Assembly (NCBI RefSeq): GCF_018977255.1
Contig: NW_024704742.1
Location: 44,642,001-44,706,000, forward strand
Direction of reading: 5' to 3'
DNA from: Callorhinchus milii
Taxonomy: Eukaryota
Length of the DNA: 64,000 nt
Positions within the stretch are counted from its first letter, which is position 1. Every line of letters starts with the position of its first letter. The notes below the pieces were generated by a model. It did not search any database. It had not been told where the DNA came from and saw nothing but the letters and a program-made list of their open reading frames with translations. Position numbers and translations under genes: made by a program. Shown here piece after piece: positions 38,518 through 50,843 of the stretch.

Positions 38518-38815
38518 ATGGAGTCCTGCAGCATATTGGTTAGAGCACTCGTTTTGCAAGCGAGAGGACCTGGATAGAGCAAAACCTAGGCAAGTTTCCT
38601 TACTCCACACACCTCTGTTTACCAAGCAGAAAGTACAAACCTGGTTTGTTAATCAATTGATGGATCGCTTTCTGAGAGTAATAATCCCTTAAAAAAATAA
38701 TTGGTTAATTGGCTGCCGCATCTTGCCACAAAGTATAAAGTCAATTCACTTTACAGTGTATTCTGTAAAGCGTTTTGAGATGCCTCAATGAAGTGAAAAG
38801 GCACTTTATGAAATC
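38518..38815 (+). mobile_element. tRNA-Ala/CORE/Deu SINE, long subfamily
   Basis: GGAGTCCTGCAGC...GGTTAGAGCACTCG.TTTGCAAGCGAG, CORE GGCAAGTTTCCTTACTCCACAC.CCTCTGTTTACC, tail. Confidence 0.9.
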
Positions 38816-38899
38816 CTTAGTTAGATGACCTATGAGAAATGACCAGGTAAGCTAGGAATCTTGAAAAGATAAATCTCAGTAAATTCGATACTTTAGAGA

Positions 38900-39170
38900 G
38901 GAATATAAGATGCAAAGTGGGATTTAGAAAGTAGATACTTTCAGATATGCCATGTCAACTGGATAAGAAGTACAGGTCTGGATTGTGAAGGGCAATTTTG
39001 AACAGACACAAATAAGTATTTCTTTACATGGAGAGTAACTGGGGAAGGCTGGGAGAGGCCAGGGATATTGGACTCATTTAAGAAACAGTTTGATGGTGTC
39101 ATGGAAAGGCTCAGTTTGGGCATTCTGGCAGGATGAGATCAAATGAACTGAGGGAACTTCTTTGATTAGA
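38900..39170 (+). mobile_element. CR1 3' fragment
   Basis: Reverse-complement match to the CR1 3' UTR copies (TTGGACTCATTTAAGAAACAGTTTGATG). Confidence 0.6.
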
Positions 39171-39496
39171 TCTCTCTTTTGTGATTGTGGCACAGTGATG
39201 GAGGTGAATATTACACGCACAGCCTTCCAACCACTAGAATATTTTCCTAAATTCCTGTATTTTAAACTTTCCAGATTGCTGGGATTCTGGGGATGAAATT
39301 CCTTCATCAGGGATTTAATTTGAACAGCTTCACAATCTTTTTTCGGGCTGAGTATGATTAAGTCTCCTCAGTGTGCATTCAACCTTCTTTCTTGTCACCA
39401 TTCTGAGGGGGTTAAGTATTTCTGTGCCATTCGCTGCATTTTAGAAATGGTATTAACTCTTAGTATGCTGGCAGGTTGTAGGAATCTGCTGTCTCC

Positions 39497-39565
39497 GACG
39501 CCTTGGGACGTCCTCCCGAAGTGAAGGGTGCTATACAAATGTAATCTTGTTGTTGTTGTTGTTGT
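39497..39565 (+). mobile_element. Minimal L2 3' tail insertion (family A type)
   Basis: CGCCTTGGGACGTCCTCCCGAAGTGAAGGGTGCTATACAAATGTAATC(TTG)n. Confidence 0.8.
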
Positions 39566-40119
39566 CTCAATTGGCCAATCAGTTCTGTATATGTTAGTCA
39601 GCTTATGCACCATGATGCTGATAAAGGTAATTTTACAGAAATAAAACTTTGAAAAATCAGATTAGCTTTAACATTGCGATATTAATCCTAAACTGTGTGA
39701 AAAAAATAAAAACTTCCAAATTGAATTGCACTCACTGTATTTATACTGCAGTGGTGGGAATCAATGTGTTGCCAAAACCACCTCCCCTCAAGATAGATCG
39801 TGGCAATCAGGAGCCAGCTCAATTTACTTTGGCAACGTGCTACTGAACTCCAATTTACACAGTGCTTCGTGAAGTAATTTGTCGGAACAGTACTTGCACG
39901 GCATAAAATAATGAAGGGGGCAAAATTCTTTAATTAAACCCGAAACGTACAATCAATCATGGGACATGAACACCAGTGACTGAGATAAGGGTTATCAGAC
40001 CACATTCACGAGCTTGCTACATGTTAAAGAGAGAGAGAGTAAAAGCTTTAGCTTAGCACAGGGAATTATGTTGCCCTGGTGTGTTTTATTGTACTGGGCT
40101 GTTTCAGGTTAATCAATCA

Positions 40120-40600
40120 CTAGATTGATTTGGATGAAGAAGGCTCTTCAGTCCATTTGATCTGATTCATCCAGATTAACCATCCTGCCATTTTCCCAAC
40201 ACAGCATCAAACTGTTATTTTAAATGAGTCCAATGTCCTAGCCTCAAAACTCCTTCCTGGCAACCTCTTCCAATCATTAATTACCTTCTGGATAAAGAAA
40301 AACATCCTGGTGTCTGTCCTGAAATTGTCTTTTCCAAATCTAAACCAGTGTCCACTTGTTTTATTGCTCTGTGGCTATTCTGTTCTATAGTTTTCAATTT
40401 TACTAAAGACATGAGTTCAAAATTGGTTACCCAGACCTTAAAGTTGGGCACCTATAAAATGGCACACCATGTATTATAGAATAGAATCATAGAATTATAA
40501 AGCACAGAAGGAGGCCAGGAGTGTCTGTGCCGGCTCCTTTAAAAGAGCTATCTAAATGTCCACTCCCCCGCTCTCTCCCCATAGCCTTGCAAACTTGTGC
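40120..40600 (-). mobile_element. Two CR1 3' fragments (about 40120-40390 and 40478-40600)
   Basis: ATAGAATCATAGAAT...AGCACAGAAGGAGGCCA is a reverse CR1 tail. Confidence 0.65.
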
Positions 40601-41934
40601 TCCACAAATAATTATGTAGTACAGTTACCAAGATGACCTTAACAAAAAGCATAACATGTTCATGACACTGGGAAGCATAAACAGGGAAAGACCCAACTCT
40701 ATGTCAATGCTGCTCTATAATCAGCTGCCAGGAGGCATGTGAGAGTGCTCTGGTCAACTGGCTCTTCCATTTGGGCACTTTCCCAGCCTCTTTGCTTGCT
40801 GCTTCTCTCTGATAGTGTACCTAAGATCAAGAATTCACCATATGGGGAGCCTGCACTCTGTAACATATCACATTGGCCCCAAGACTCTGTACCATCAAGT
40901 GCTCAGAGTTTATGTTCTAAGACTATCCAAACTGCTTCACTCAAAAAAGAAATGTAAATCACAATAAAATGTCCTTATAATTCAGAAGCAAAACTGATAA
41001 ATGTTGATACCATTCCATGGACTTTACATGGAGAGATGATTTGCTGGAAGAATCCATGGAACAAATTTATTACAGTTCACAGCAAACGAGATTTGCATTT
41101 TGCTCACCTACTGACATTTTTAAAAAAAGGTGTTTGAAGCATTAATAAACAATGTAGTGAATTTCAAAATCAACAACGGTTTATTATCAGCATTGCACTT
41201 TCCAGCATTCTAGTGCCTAAATTACTGAAGAGCTAAATAAGTTGTCTTCATCTTTATCTGCTATAGGTCATCTGTTTCATTTCCAATTATCTTTTAATTT
41301 TCATGTGGGAGGAATGTTTTAATAAACTGCAGATTATTGCTGATTACTAGGACATAGGAGGTTAGCAAAACATGAACAGCTTCCACAAAAATCGCAGTCA
41401 GAACAACTTTATTGTGTTTTGTTGACATATTTTACATGGTGTAAATTAAGAAGCTCACACCATAGAAAAAAGTCATTAACTTTTTTCATCAGAGAAAAAA
41501 AATCCCTTTGGCCATGATTGTGCTAAGCATTTAAAAATCAGAAAAAGGCTAATTTTCTCTGAAAATTCATAAGAAATAAAAAATGGCCAAAAAACCACTG
41601 GAGTGAATTATCAAATTAAAGCCATGCCATTAATCTTTTTCCCTTCACACCGCCAGATTGTAGAGCCTTGACATTGCTTTTAACATAACAATTGGAAACA
41701 AAGCCCTTTAGAATTTTTTTTAACAAAATGCTGGTAAAATTGCATTAGAGGCCGGCATTCCTGAATGCAATCTGAGAACTATGGCTTTGTCAGTATTAAA
41801 ATGCCATGACCAAAAATTATGCATTAAAATAATGAGGTGTAGAATTGTGACATATGATAGTCTCTGGGTCAAAATCAGTCAACAGTTCCAACTGACCTCA
41901 GGCTTGAATTCTTCCCACGCCTTCTATTGATTTC

Positions 41935-44548
41935 TATTGACCCCGTCCCCCTAGTGGAAGCCTCCCCTTCAGGCTACACCTTCCACCACACCCCCCATCC
42001 AAACCAGCGTGGCGGCGGGGTGGCCTTCATTTCCAAAGCCTCCCTTGGTCTCATCCACTACTCCTCTGGATGTTTCCCTTCCTTTGAGCACCTCACCCTC
42101 TTCCACCCCTCTCTCCCATTGAAATTCCTCCTTGTCTACCGCCGCCCTAAGCCGCCCGGCTCCTTCCACACAGACATCTCTTCCCTGTCACTCTGCTCCG
42201 AGCGCCTAATCATAATGGGCAATTTCAACCTCCACCTAAACTCCCCTTGCACTACTTCGGCTGACTTCACTGCCCTCCTCTCCTCCCTAAACCTCACCCT
42301 TCAAATAAACTCACCAACCCACAACCGTGGACATGCCCTCAACCTTGCTATCACCCACGGCCTTGACATTTCTGACCTCAGCATTGTGGACAAGGCCATC
42401 TCGGACCACTTCCTCATCACCTTCTCCTCTCACATCCCTCTCTCCTCCACCAAGCCCTCAACCATTCTCTACCGCCCTTGGAAAATGCTACCCCCTGAGA
42501 CCCTCACAAAGGCGCTCACATCATCAAATATCCTATCTCTCTGATCTTCCACCTGCGGAGATCCTGAGGCAGCCGTCCAGCTGCTCCATGATCGCCTCTC
42601 AACTCCCTCGTCCCCCTGAAATCCAGGACCGTCTCCAATCCTACCCAATCCCCCCGGTACAACAACCATCTCTGCTCCTAAAAACCCAAACCTGGCTGCT
42701 CGAGCACAGATGGCGGAAAACTGGCCTGACAGTCTACCGCCAACTGTGGCTCGAGCATCTTCACAGCTACTGCCATTCTTTGACACGCGCAAAAACGGCC
42801 TTCTACTCCAACAACATCTTGGAGGCTAAATACAACCTGAAAGTCCTTTTTTCCACCACCAGCTACCTCCTCCGTGGCCCCCCCCTTAGGCCCCCTCAAT
42901 CTTTATATCCAATGCCAAGTGCATGGAGATCATGGACTTCTTCTCATCTAAAATTCACAAAATCCGCCGGGTAGCCTCATCCGCCTGCCTCTTGTCACCC
43001 ACCATCATGCCCTCTCTGTCCTCCTCACCCTCCCAATCATCTGCTCCTACCACGAAACCCATCCTACATTTCTTCCTCCCCATCTCTCCCTCCTCCCTCT
43101 CACACACCATCACCTCCATGAAACCCACTACCTGCTACCTCGACCCCCTCCCCGCCAACCTGCTGGTCAACCAGCTCCCCCTCCTCTGCCCACCATTGGC
43201 TGACGTCATCAACCAGTCCCTCTCCTCCAGACCAGTCTCTGCCCCCTCAAAACTGCTGTCATTACCCACCTCTTCAAAAAATCCTCCGTAAATCCCTCAA
43301 ACCACAGCCGCTACCTCTTCATTTCAAACCTGCCCTTCCTCACTAAAGTCTTAGAGCGCGTTGTTGCCAATCAACTCCTCCCACTCCCTCTTCGAACCCC
43401 TCCAGTCCGGTTTCCGCCCTGCCCACAGTACAGAGACTGCACTTGTGAAAGTCCCAAACGACATCTCTATCTGTGACCAGGGCTCCCTCTGCCTCCTTGT
43501 TCTCCTGGACCTCTCTGCGGCGTTCGACACAGTCGGCCACGACCTCCTCCTCCACCGCTTTCCTCCATCGTCCACCTCAGTGGCACCGCACTCGCCTGGT
43601 CCGAGTCCTACCTCACAAACCACCAGCAGTACATCTGCACAAACGGTTTCTCCTCCCGCACTCACCCGGTTACCTGCGGGGTACCCCAAGGATCCATCCT
43701 TGACCCCCTCCTCTTTCTGATCTACATGCTCCCTCTCGGGGTATCATCCGCAGACATGAGGTACATTTCCACATGTACATGGCCAACACCCGACTCTATT
43801 TTTCCACCTCTCTTTGCGACCCCCAGTCCTCTGATGTTCTGTCAGCCTGCCTGTCAGATCTCAGGGGCTGGATGAACACAAATTTCCTTCAACTGAACGT
43901 CGACAAGACGGAAGCCATAATCTTTGGCTCGTGTCAACATCTCAAATCTCATGGCTCTCACCTCCTCCACCTACCCGACCTCCCACTAAAACTCTCCGAA
44001 CCCGTATGCAACCTAGGCATCAGGTTCGACCCCCAATTATCCTTCCTCCCCCACATCCGGTCCCTCACCAGCATCACTTTCTTCCACCTCCGATGCATCG
44101 CCCGTCTCCACAAATACCTCTCTCCAAAGGCCGCTGAAACCCTAGTCCATGCCTTTGTCACCTCTTGGCTGGACTACTCTAATTCCCTCCTCACCGGTCT
44201 CCCATCCACCACCATCCATAAAATCCAAATCATCCAGAACTCTGCCGCCCGCTTTTTCACCCGCACCAAACTATGTTCCCCGATTACCCCAGTCCTTGCC
44301 AGACTGCACTGGCTGCCTTCAGCCACTATACCCCGAGGCTCTGGAATTCCCTTCCTTCCTCCCTTTGTCTCGTCCCCTCTCTTCCTACTTTCAGGTCCCT
44401 ACTGAAGACCTTTCTTTTCGACTGCACCTTTGGTCACCTTCCTCCCCCTCTGCCTGGCTCCGCCCCGGGATTCATTACTGTGAAGCGCTCAGAGATGCCG
44501 TCCAGCGTGGAGGGCACTATATAAATCCAAGTTGTTGTTGTTGTTGTT
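41935..44548 (+). mobile_element. Longest L2 LINE copy (family D): partial AP endonuclease, RT, 3' tail; frameshifted
   Basis: RGGGVAFI, VYRRP, MGNFN, PTHNRGHALNL, ISDHFLI (APE); [36 protein letters not shown] (decayed YADD); (TTG)n tail. Confidence 0.97.
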
Positions 44549-44629
44549 CTTTTGGCAACACATTTGCTCAATGTGATAATTGTCACTGGTGAGAATATCA
44601 CATGCCACATTTCCCTCCACAATCTGGTT

Positions 44630-44875
44630 CTTGTTCTAAAGCAGCTAAGAACATGAACCACATGTTCCTCTGCTCTCTGGAACTCTCTGACTCGTACCCT
44701 ACCTCACCTTGTTCAAGGTCCATTTCAAGACAAACCTCTTTGATTGCACCTTCGGTCATCTTTCACCTTCCTATCCCCCTTGGCTCGCACCTCCAACTCG
44801 GATGCCCAGAGCAATATCAAGCAGTTTGGGACATCCTCCCAATATGAAAGGCCCTATATAACTGTAAATTTGTGA
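44630..44875 (+). mobile_element. Old L2 3' fragment
   Basis: CTCTGGAACTCTCT...TTCAAGACAAACCTCTTTGA...TTGGGACATCCTCCCAATATGAAAGG. Confidence 0.7.
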
Positions 44876-45894
44876 TGCATTATACTGTAAGTTGATTCCA
44901 ATGCCCCTCTTTCAGAAAGCAGTGAAATGCCTCTCCGAGCAGTGAAGGAGCAGAGCATCAGCCATCATTTCTCCGACATGAAGTGAGGTCCAGTTTAGGC
45001 ACCTGCACTGTGTAAGATTGATATATTGTGGAGGAAGCTCAGGATGAGCACTGCTGTAGAAGGATTAGCTGTGGTGGTGAGTGATGTGGAGCCAGCTGAT
45101 ACATGGCAATGCACCAACAGGCTGGAAACCCCAACAGATTTGATTTGAAATGGAAGACTGCTGTGCAGTAGTACTGAATTCAGATGACATTGGAAGGTGG
45201 TTTGTTTTCAAAAATCTGAACTGATAATGAAATGTATTTATTTATTGCTCCTTTTCCATTCTGAGCACCATTCTCTTGTTAAAGATAGGCAGGTGACCTG
45301 GTTTATGATTTCCGCTATTTCTATTTCTCTTTAGGTACTGGGAGGTACCTTCTGAGATATTACTTCACCTGAAGGGCACCAAATAAATATAAGCATTTAT
45401 GTACAACCCAGTGCCTCGCCGCGACATGAAAGGCACTATACAAACATAATTTGCTTTTGTTGCTCTCAGCAGAGCCATGTGTGTGGATAAGCAGACATGT
45501 GCATAGTTTGCATGCCGATAACTGGCATTCTACTGGATGAGATAAATCATTTGTATGAGCTGTGAAACTGTTAAACTGAAGTCCCTCTTTCTGTCATTGA
45601 GGGGGTGTTAAGGTTCCATAAAACTATTTGAAAAGAGAAGGAAGTTTCTTCCAGTTCCCTGGTTATTAATCCTTCATATTAATTGACCATTTACCTCATG
45701 GGTGTTTATGGAACCTGCTGATTCAAATGGCTGCTGCATTTGCCTGAAATATCAGTCACTATATTTGACAGTAATTACCTGTGAACTGATGCAATAATTC
45801 TTATTTTTCAATGAGAATTAATCTGACAAAGTCAGCAATCGGTGTAAGTTAATTTTTTGTTTCTGCACAACTAACATTAACTTTTAGCAGTGGA

Positions 45895-46325
45895 TAATAA
45901 TAATCCTTGCATTTGATATATTGCCGATACCAAATTATCGAGATGTTTCAAAGCGCTTTGCAAGATTTATTTTGAAGTGTTGTAACCGTTTATTTGTAGA
46001 CAAACGTGGCAGACAATTTACCCACATCAATATCCCACAAAATAACTATGAAGTGAAGGACCAATTTTAATTTTCTGGGTACACTGGGAGAAAGCCCTTC
46101 CTATTTTTGAATGATGCCATGGGATTTTTAACATCCACCTGAACAGGCAGTATCCCTTGACTTAACGTCTCATCCAAAGGACGGCACCACCGGTAATGCA
46201 CTGTTCCCTCAACGCTGCGATAGAATATCAGCCTCGACTGAGTTGAAAGTTGCTGAGGTGGGGCTTGAACCCACAACCTTCCAACTCAGAGGCAAGGTTA
46301 CTATTAACTGAAGCAAACTGACAGC
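45895..46325 (-). mobile_element. Old tRNA/Deu SINE, full length
   Basis: Tail, GATGCCATGGGATTTTTAACATCCACCTGAACAGGCAG, head GGGGCTTGAACCCACAACCTTC. Confidence 0.85.
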
Positions 46326-46934
46326 GTAGTTCAGGTGTAAATCTTATACTTACAACAAAACAATTGTTTAATGCAATGGCAAGCAATTGGCATCCTTTCC
46401 ATTAATCTGTTTAATATTGTTATTTGTCGGTAAAGCTTCACACTTTGGCATTTTGCTTCTGTTAAATCTTAGTTGAATTAATAAGCTGAGATTTGAATCA
46501 GAGGTGCTGCAAAGTTCAAAGGGAACATTTGATATATAAAAGGTCAATATATTGCAGTTCTCAGTAGAGCGTATCAATAATGCCAAATGTGTAGCTTATA
46601 TTAATTTAAATTAACAGCATTTCACCTTACTTCTCTATTGCCTTTCCACCAAAAATGAGGCACCTCATAAAATATTACTGGAAATCATAATGTAATATCC
46701 AATGGCTTATTTTTCATATTACCATGAAATATGTACATATTTGAGATTCTATGTTCTGAACTAAGGCTTGAGGCGATGCTCCAATCAATGGTAAATTTAC
46801 AATCTTTTGGGGCACCAGATCCCATCCTCTCCATTTTTCCATATTAACTTGTGCATTTCTGAGATTTTAGATCCTAAATTAAAGGCTTGAGCATATCAAA
46901 TTTTATGTAGGGTTTCCCTTACGTCCTGAGGATG

Positions 46935-47365
46935 AATTTTTCCAATCTTCTCCTCACTGGCTTCCATAACTCCACACTCCAATAGCTTTAACTGCTCTAG
47001 AACTCTGCAGTCTGAGTTCTCTCGGGCACGTATTATTGCTTCCATCATTGTCAAGCTTCATTGGCTTCCTGAATACCTCAGAGGATTAAAGTTTAAGATC
47101 CGCATCTTGCTCTTCGAATCCCTTCACAATCTTACCCTCGTCTATCTATCCAATTTTCCCAGCCTTACATTAGAGCCCAATCCTCAACTTAACTGACAAT
47201 GATCTACCACTTGCTCCACGCTCCCATTCTATCAACATCATTGTTTGCGACTTCAGGTGCCACACCTCTGTCCTCTGGATCTCTTTTCTAAAATAATTTA
47301 ACTTCCCACCTTTCTCTGCCATCAAAAATCTTCTAAAATATATCTCTTTGTCTGTGTCTTTTGTT
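46935..47365 (+). mobile_element. Ancient L2 fragment
   Basis: Remnants SNLLLTGF, NSAV, KLHWL, FKIRILLFESLHNL. Confidence 0.6.
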
Positions 47366-48391
47366 CAACATCTTTAAACATGGAAGAGGAACCCTGTTTC
47401 CCTGGTTAGTGGCCACCACTGCATTTGTCAAGATATTATTATGGCTATGCTTTTCTTCACTACATTATAAAGAAAATACCAAAGGATTTGTTCAGCTCAT
47501 GCCATAAACAAATCTGATGCTTGTTTTTGGAAAACACTTTAGTATTAGCAGGGTAATATTTAACCTTTAAGATTATGGTAATAATTTACACACTGAATGA
47601 TTCCCACTATTTACTTGTGTATCATTAATCTACCAAACAACTGCATTTAGCAATCAATGTGATTTACTTCTTTAAGATAAATGTTATCGTGGAAACATAA
47701 ATGTTTACGCCTATATATTTTGCTTCAGTCAAAATATTAGATTTGTGATTTGAGCACAGCAATGGATGGGTTTTTGGCTGAAACAAAAATAAATGTAAAT
47801 TGTCACTGCAATCAACAATAGTGTGACTCAATAAATGTGATAAATGAGCCACACATAACTTCAGAAGTATAAGCCGTACAGGGCAGTAGGGACTCACTCT
47901 ATAGGGTGATAGATGCCGAGGATTTCAGCTGTAAACAGCTTGCAATCTCAGGACAACACCAGTTTATTGAACTCTTGGAGGCAAAGGCTGCAGTAATTTG
48001 TTATATGAGTTTCCAGGGATATAGGGGCATACACGCAGCACATCAGAGGCTCTGATCTCTATTCTATGATTGCACTTCACTCAAGTTTCTGTTCCAAAAG
48101 AGTTTGAAGACAAAATGCTTCATAAATGTTGAAAAATAACACTTTTACAGAATGCTTGCTAATAGGGACTAGTTTGGTTTGCTAAGTATTACTGCTAATT
48201 ATTAGTTTTGCAAATTCAAAGATGCAAATGCTTGACTGTCCAAAACCTTGGGATATCCTCACAACATGAAAAGCACAACATAAATGCAATTTCGTATTGT
48301 TTTTTTAAATATTGTCCTGCAAAGTGATGAGATAACATTTTCAGCTTGGAAGATATCAACGTTTTGGAAGCCATAGTTTCCAAACCAGCTT

Positions 48392-48575
48392 TACAACAAC
48401 AACTTGCATTTATATAGCATCCCTTATGCATCCCAGTAGCACCCCGGGTGCTTGACAGTGGCGGAGCATGACTCCGAGCTGGGGGGAGACCGTTGAAGAC
48501 TAAAGGCACAGTCGAATAGGAAGGTCTTCATGCACGACCTGAAGATGGGAAAGGAAGATTCAATGTGGAGGGTTG
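48392..48575 (-). mobile_element. L2 3' end (family B)
   Basis: FPIFRSCMKTFLFDCAF; (CAA)n tail. Confidence 0.85.
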
Positions 48576-48792
48576 GAGGAAGACCGTGGATCGAGAGGTC
48601 AGAGTGGGATTGGGAGGGAGAGTTGAAGTGGCAAGAAACCGGAAGCTCAGGGTTGCGTTTGCGGACAGAACTGAGGTTTTCAGCAAATAGGTCACCCAAT
48701 CTGCGTTTGGTCTGCAAAATGTAGAGGAGACCACATCGTGAGCAGCGAATGCAGTAAACTACATTGGTGGTAGTACACGTAAATCTTGCCAC
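48576..48792 (-). mobile_element. Penelope-like element GIY-YIG endonuclease fragment
   Basis: RFTCTTTNVVYCIRCSRCGLLYI.QTKRRLGD.FAE.L.SVR...LPVSCHFN: VVY..C..C..YI(G), R, E and HF motifs of the PLE endonuclease. Confidence 0.9.
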
Positions 48793-48992
48793 TTCAATAC
48801 TGCCTCCCCCCTCTCTGTTAGCCCTTAACAGCCTCTCCTTCTCAACATGCCCCAGTTCCTACGAAGGGTCATGGACCCGAAACGTTTACTCATTTCCTTT
48901 CTCCATAGATGCTGCTTGACCTGCTGAGTGTTCCCAGCGACTTCTGTTTTTTGTTTAAGATTTCCAGCATCTGCAGTATTTTGGTTTGGTTT
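48793..48992 (+). mobile_element. Penelope pseudo-LTR 3' end, inverted relative to the endonuclease fragment
   Basis: Hammerhead-like motif followed by CAT/CACAGATGCTGC..GACCTGCTGAGT.TTCC.AGC...TTCCAGCATCTGCAGT, a PLE terminus recalled from chondrichthyan genomes. Confidence 0.75.
48853..48890 (+). ncRNA. Degenerate minimal type I hammerhead ribozyme
   Basis: CAGTT-CCTACGA-A-GGGTC-ATG-GACCC-GAAA-CGTT-TACT: perfect stem II and GAAA box; CUGANGA box mutated. Confidence 0.65.
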
Positions 48993-49949
48993 AGAAATTC
49001 TGGTTCAGTTCAAAGAATGAGATTGTGCTCAGACAGATTACTGTATGTAGGTTTGCTGATTTTCAATAACAGTTGGTGAAAGTCAAGAAAGAATTAATCA
49101 AAAATAAAATTGTATTATCCATCGATTCATAAAAAACAATAAAAATCTACAAGCCTATCTATAAGGTATCCTGAGTTTCTCCCCTTGACTTCCTACATTT
49201 CATTCATTTTAAAGAAATTATCACTAGTTCTGAACATTTAAATTATTATTAAATTAAAAGCAAATATATTGTATATTACATTTCAGTATAGGACACACAT
49301 TGAACGTACTATAAATCATTTTTCTAGTTCCCTTGAAGTATCATTATACTCTAAATATTCAACAAATATTTGCTTCCAATAATGGGTAATCATTACAAGA
49401 GATGTGGATTGAAAAATTGTATATATTCATCATCTAACTTTGTCACCTCATGTCACTGTCATATCTCTTTGTGAATTACCAGTGGTGCTACAGAATACAT
49501 CCTTATAAACTAAAGATAATGACCATTATTTGGATAAGCAATATTTTACTTTGTTCCAATGCAACCTTGAGTTTATCTTAACACAGATATCTTCAGGGAT
49601 ATACATGTGCAGTACCAAACACTTATTTTTTATTTGAGCATACTTTATCACACAGATTTCTTCATCAAATTATTTATATTCCATTATTTAAGGAAACTTT
49701 TGCCATGCTGAAGGAAATCAACACTTGCTCTTAAAAGTGACCATGGTATAATCAATATTTTATGCAGGAGAAGTATTGAGCATTAGATTTTAAAAGCCTA
49801 AATTCCCTTTTCATTTATGTGAGATATCTATTAATTGTATACAAATAAAATGCATTCTTCCAAATGCATATTGATTTTTTCCCTACCAATTTCAAAAAGT
49901 GTATTCATTAATTGATGTACTAGAAATCTAACAGTATAAAAATTATACA

Positions 49950-50515
49950 GCACAACACAAAATTACACTTGTAAAACGCCTTTCATGTTGGGAGGACATC
50001 CGAAGGCGCTGAACGGTTAAGGATTAGGACCTGAATGGGGGGCTGGGGGTTGGGATTAGGGAGGGTGGAGGGTGAGAAGGGTGGGGGTAGGAGCTTGGAC
50101 GAAGGCATGGTCAAAGTGAAGGGTCTTGAGGCATGCCTTGAAGGAGGTAAGGGAGGGAGTGAGGCAAAAGGAATGTAGAATGGACTTCCAGAGGGTGGGG
50201 CCAGAGAGGTTGCAGGCCTGACACCGATGGTGGGGCGGGCCAGCCGGGGGACATGGAGCAGGCTGGAGCCTGCTGAGCGGAGAGAGTGGACAGGTTGTTA
50301 AGGGGTTAGCAGGTTGGAAAGGTAGGAGGGGGCAAGACCATGGTGGGCCTTCAAGGTGAGGCTGAGAATTTTGAACTCGATCCTCTGAGGGATGGAGAGC
50401 CAGTGGAGTCGGGTGAAGATGGGTGTGATGGGATCACAGAGCATGATGTGGGAGAGGACATGAGCTGCAGAGTTCTGGATGATCAGCAACTTTTGGATGC
50501 AAGTGTTGTGAAGGC
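49950..50515 (-). mobile_element. 5'-truncated L2 LINE (older relative of family A)
   Basis: ORF 50298-50489 IQNSAAHVLS...LHWLSIPQRIEFKIL; tail GATGTCCTCCCAACATGAAAGGCG. Confidence 0.9.
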
Positions 50516-50843
50516 CAGAGCTGAATTTGAAGCTGAAAATACAGAGCCAAAATAGCTTATTTTGTTATCTAATTCTCTATGGACTCTAATTTTAGCATCT
50601 CTCTACCAAACAGCAACTGAACTGACATCTAAAATCTGTCCTTGGCCTTTGATCCAGGTTACAGAATTAAGCTCCACATATTTTAGCTCCCAGCCACTGA
50701 CTTTAGCTGTCAACCAATGCTCAATAACTCAGGTCTAAACTACAAATAGAACAGTCCCAACTAATGAGGTCTTGACTTTACATTTTCACTTTCATGTTTT
50801 GATTGCAGACAGAAATATCCCCAACCAGATCTACCCAAGTCCT

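Noticed and set aside
41943..41958. CTCF-like motif TCCACTAGGGGGACG (minus)
   Set aside because: It lies in L2 coding sequence and is a weaker match; there is no evidence of function.
41927..44592. Long ORFs (up to 215 aa) as a host gene
   Set aside because: They are frameshifted L2 ORF2 pieces, or alternative and antisense frames of C-rich L2 DNA.
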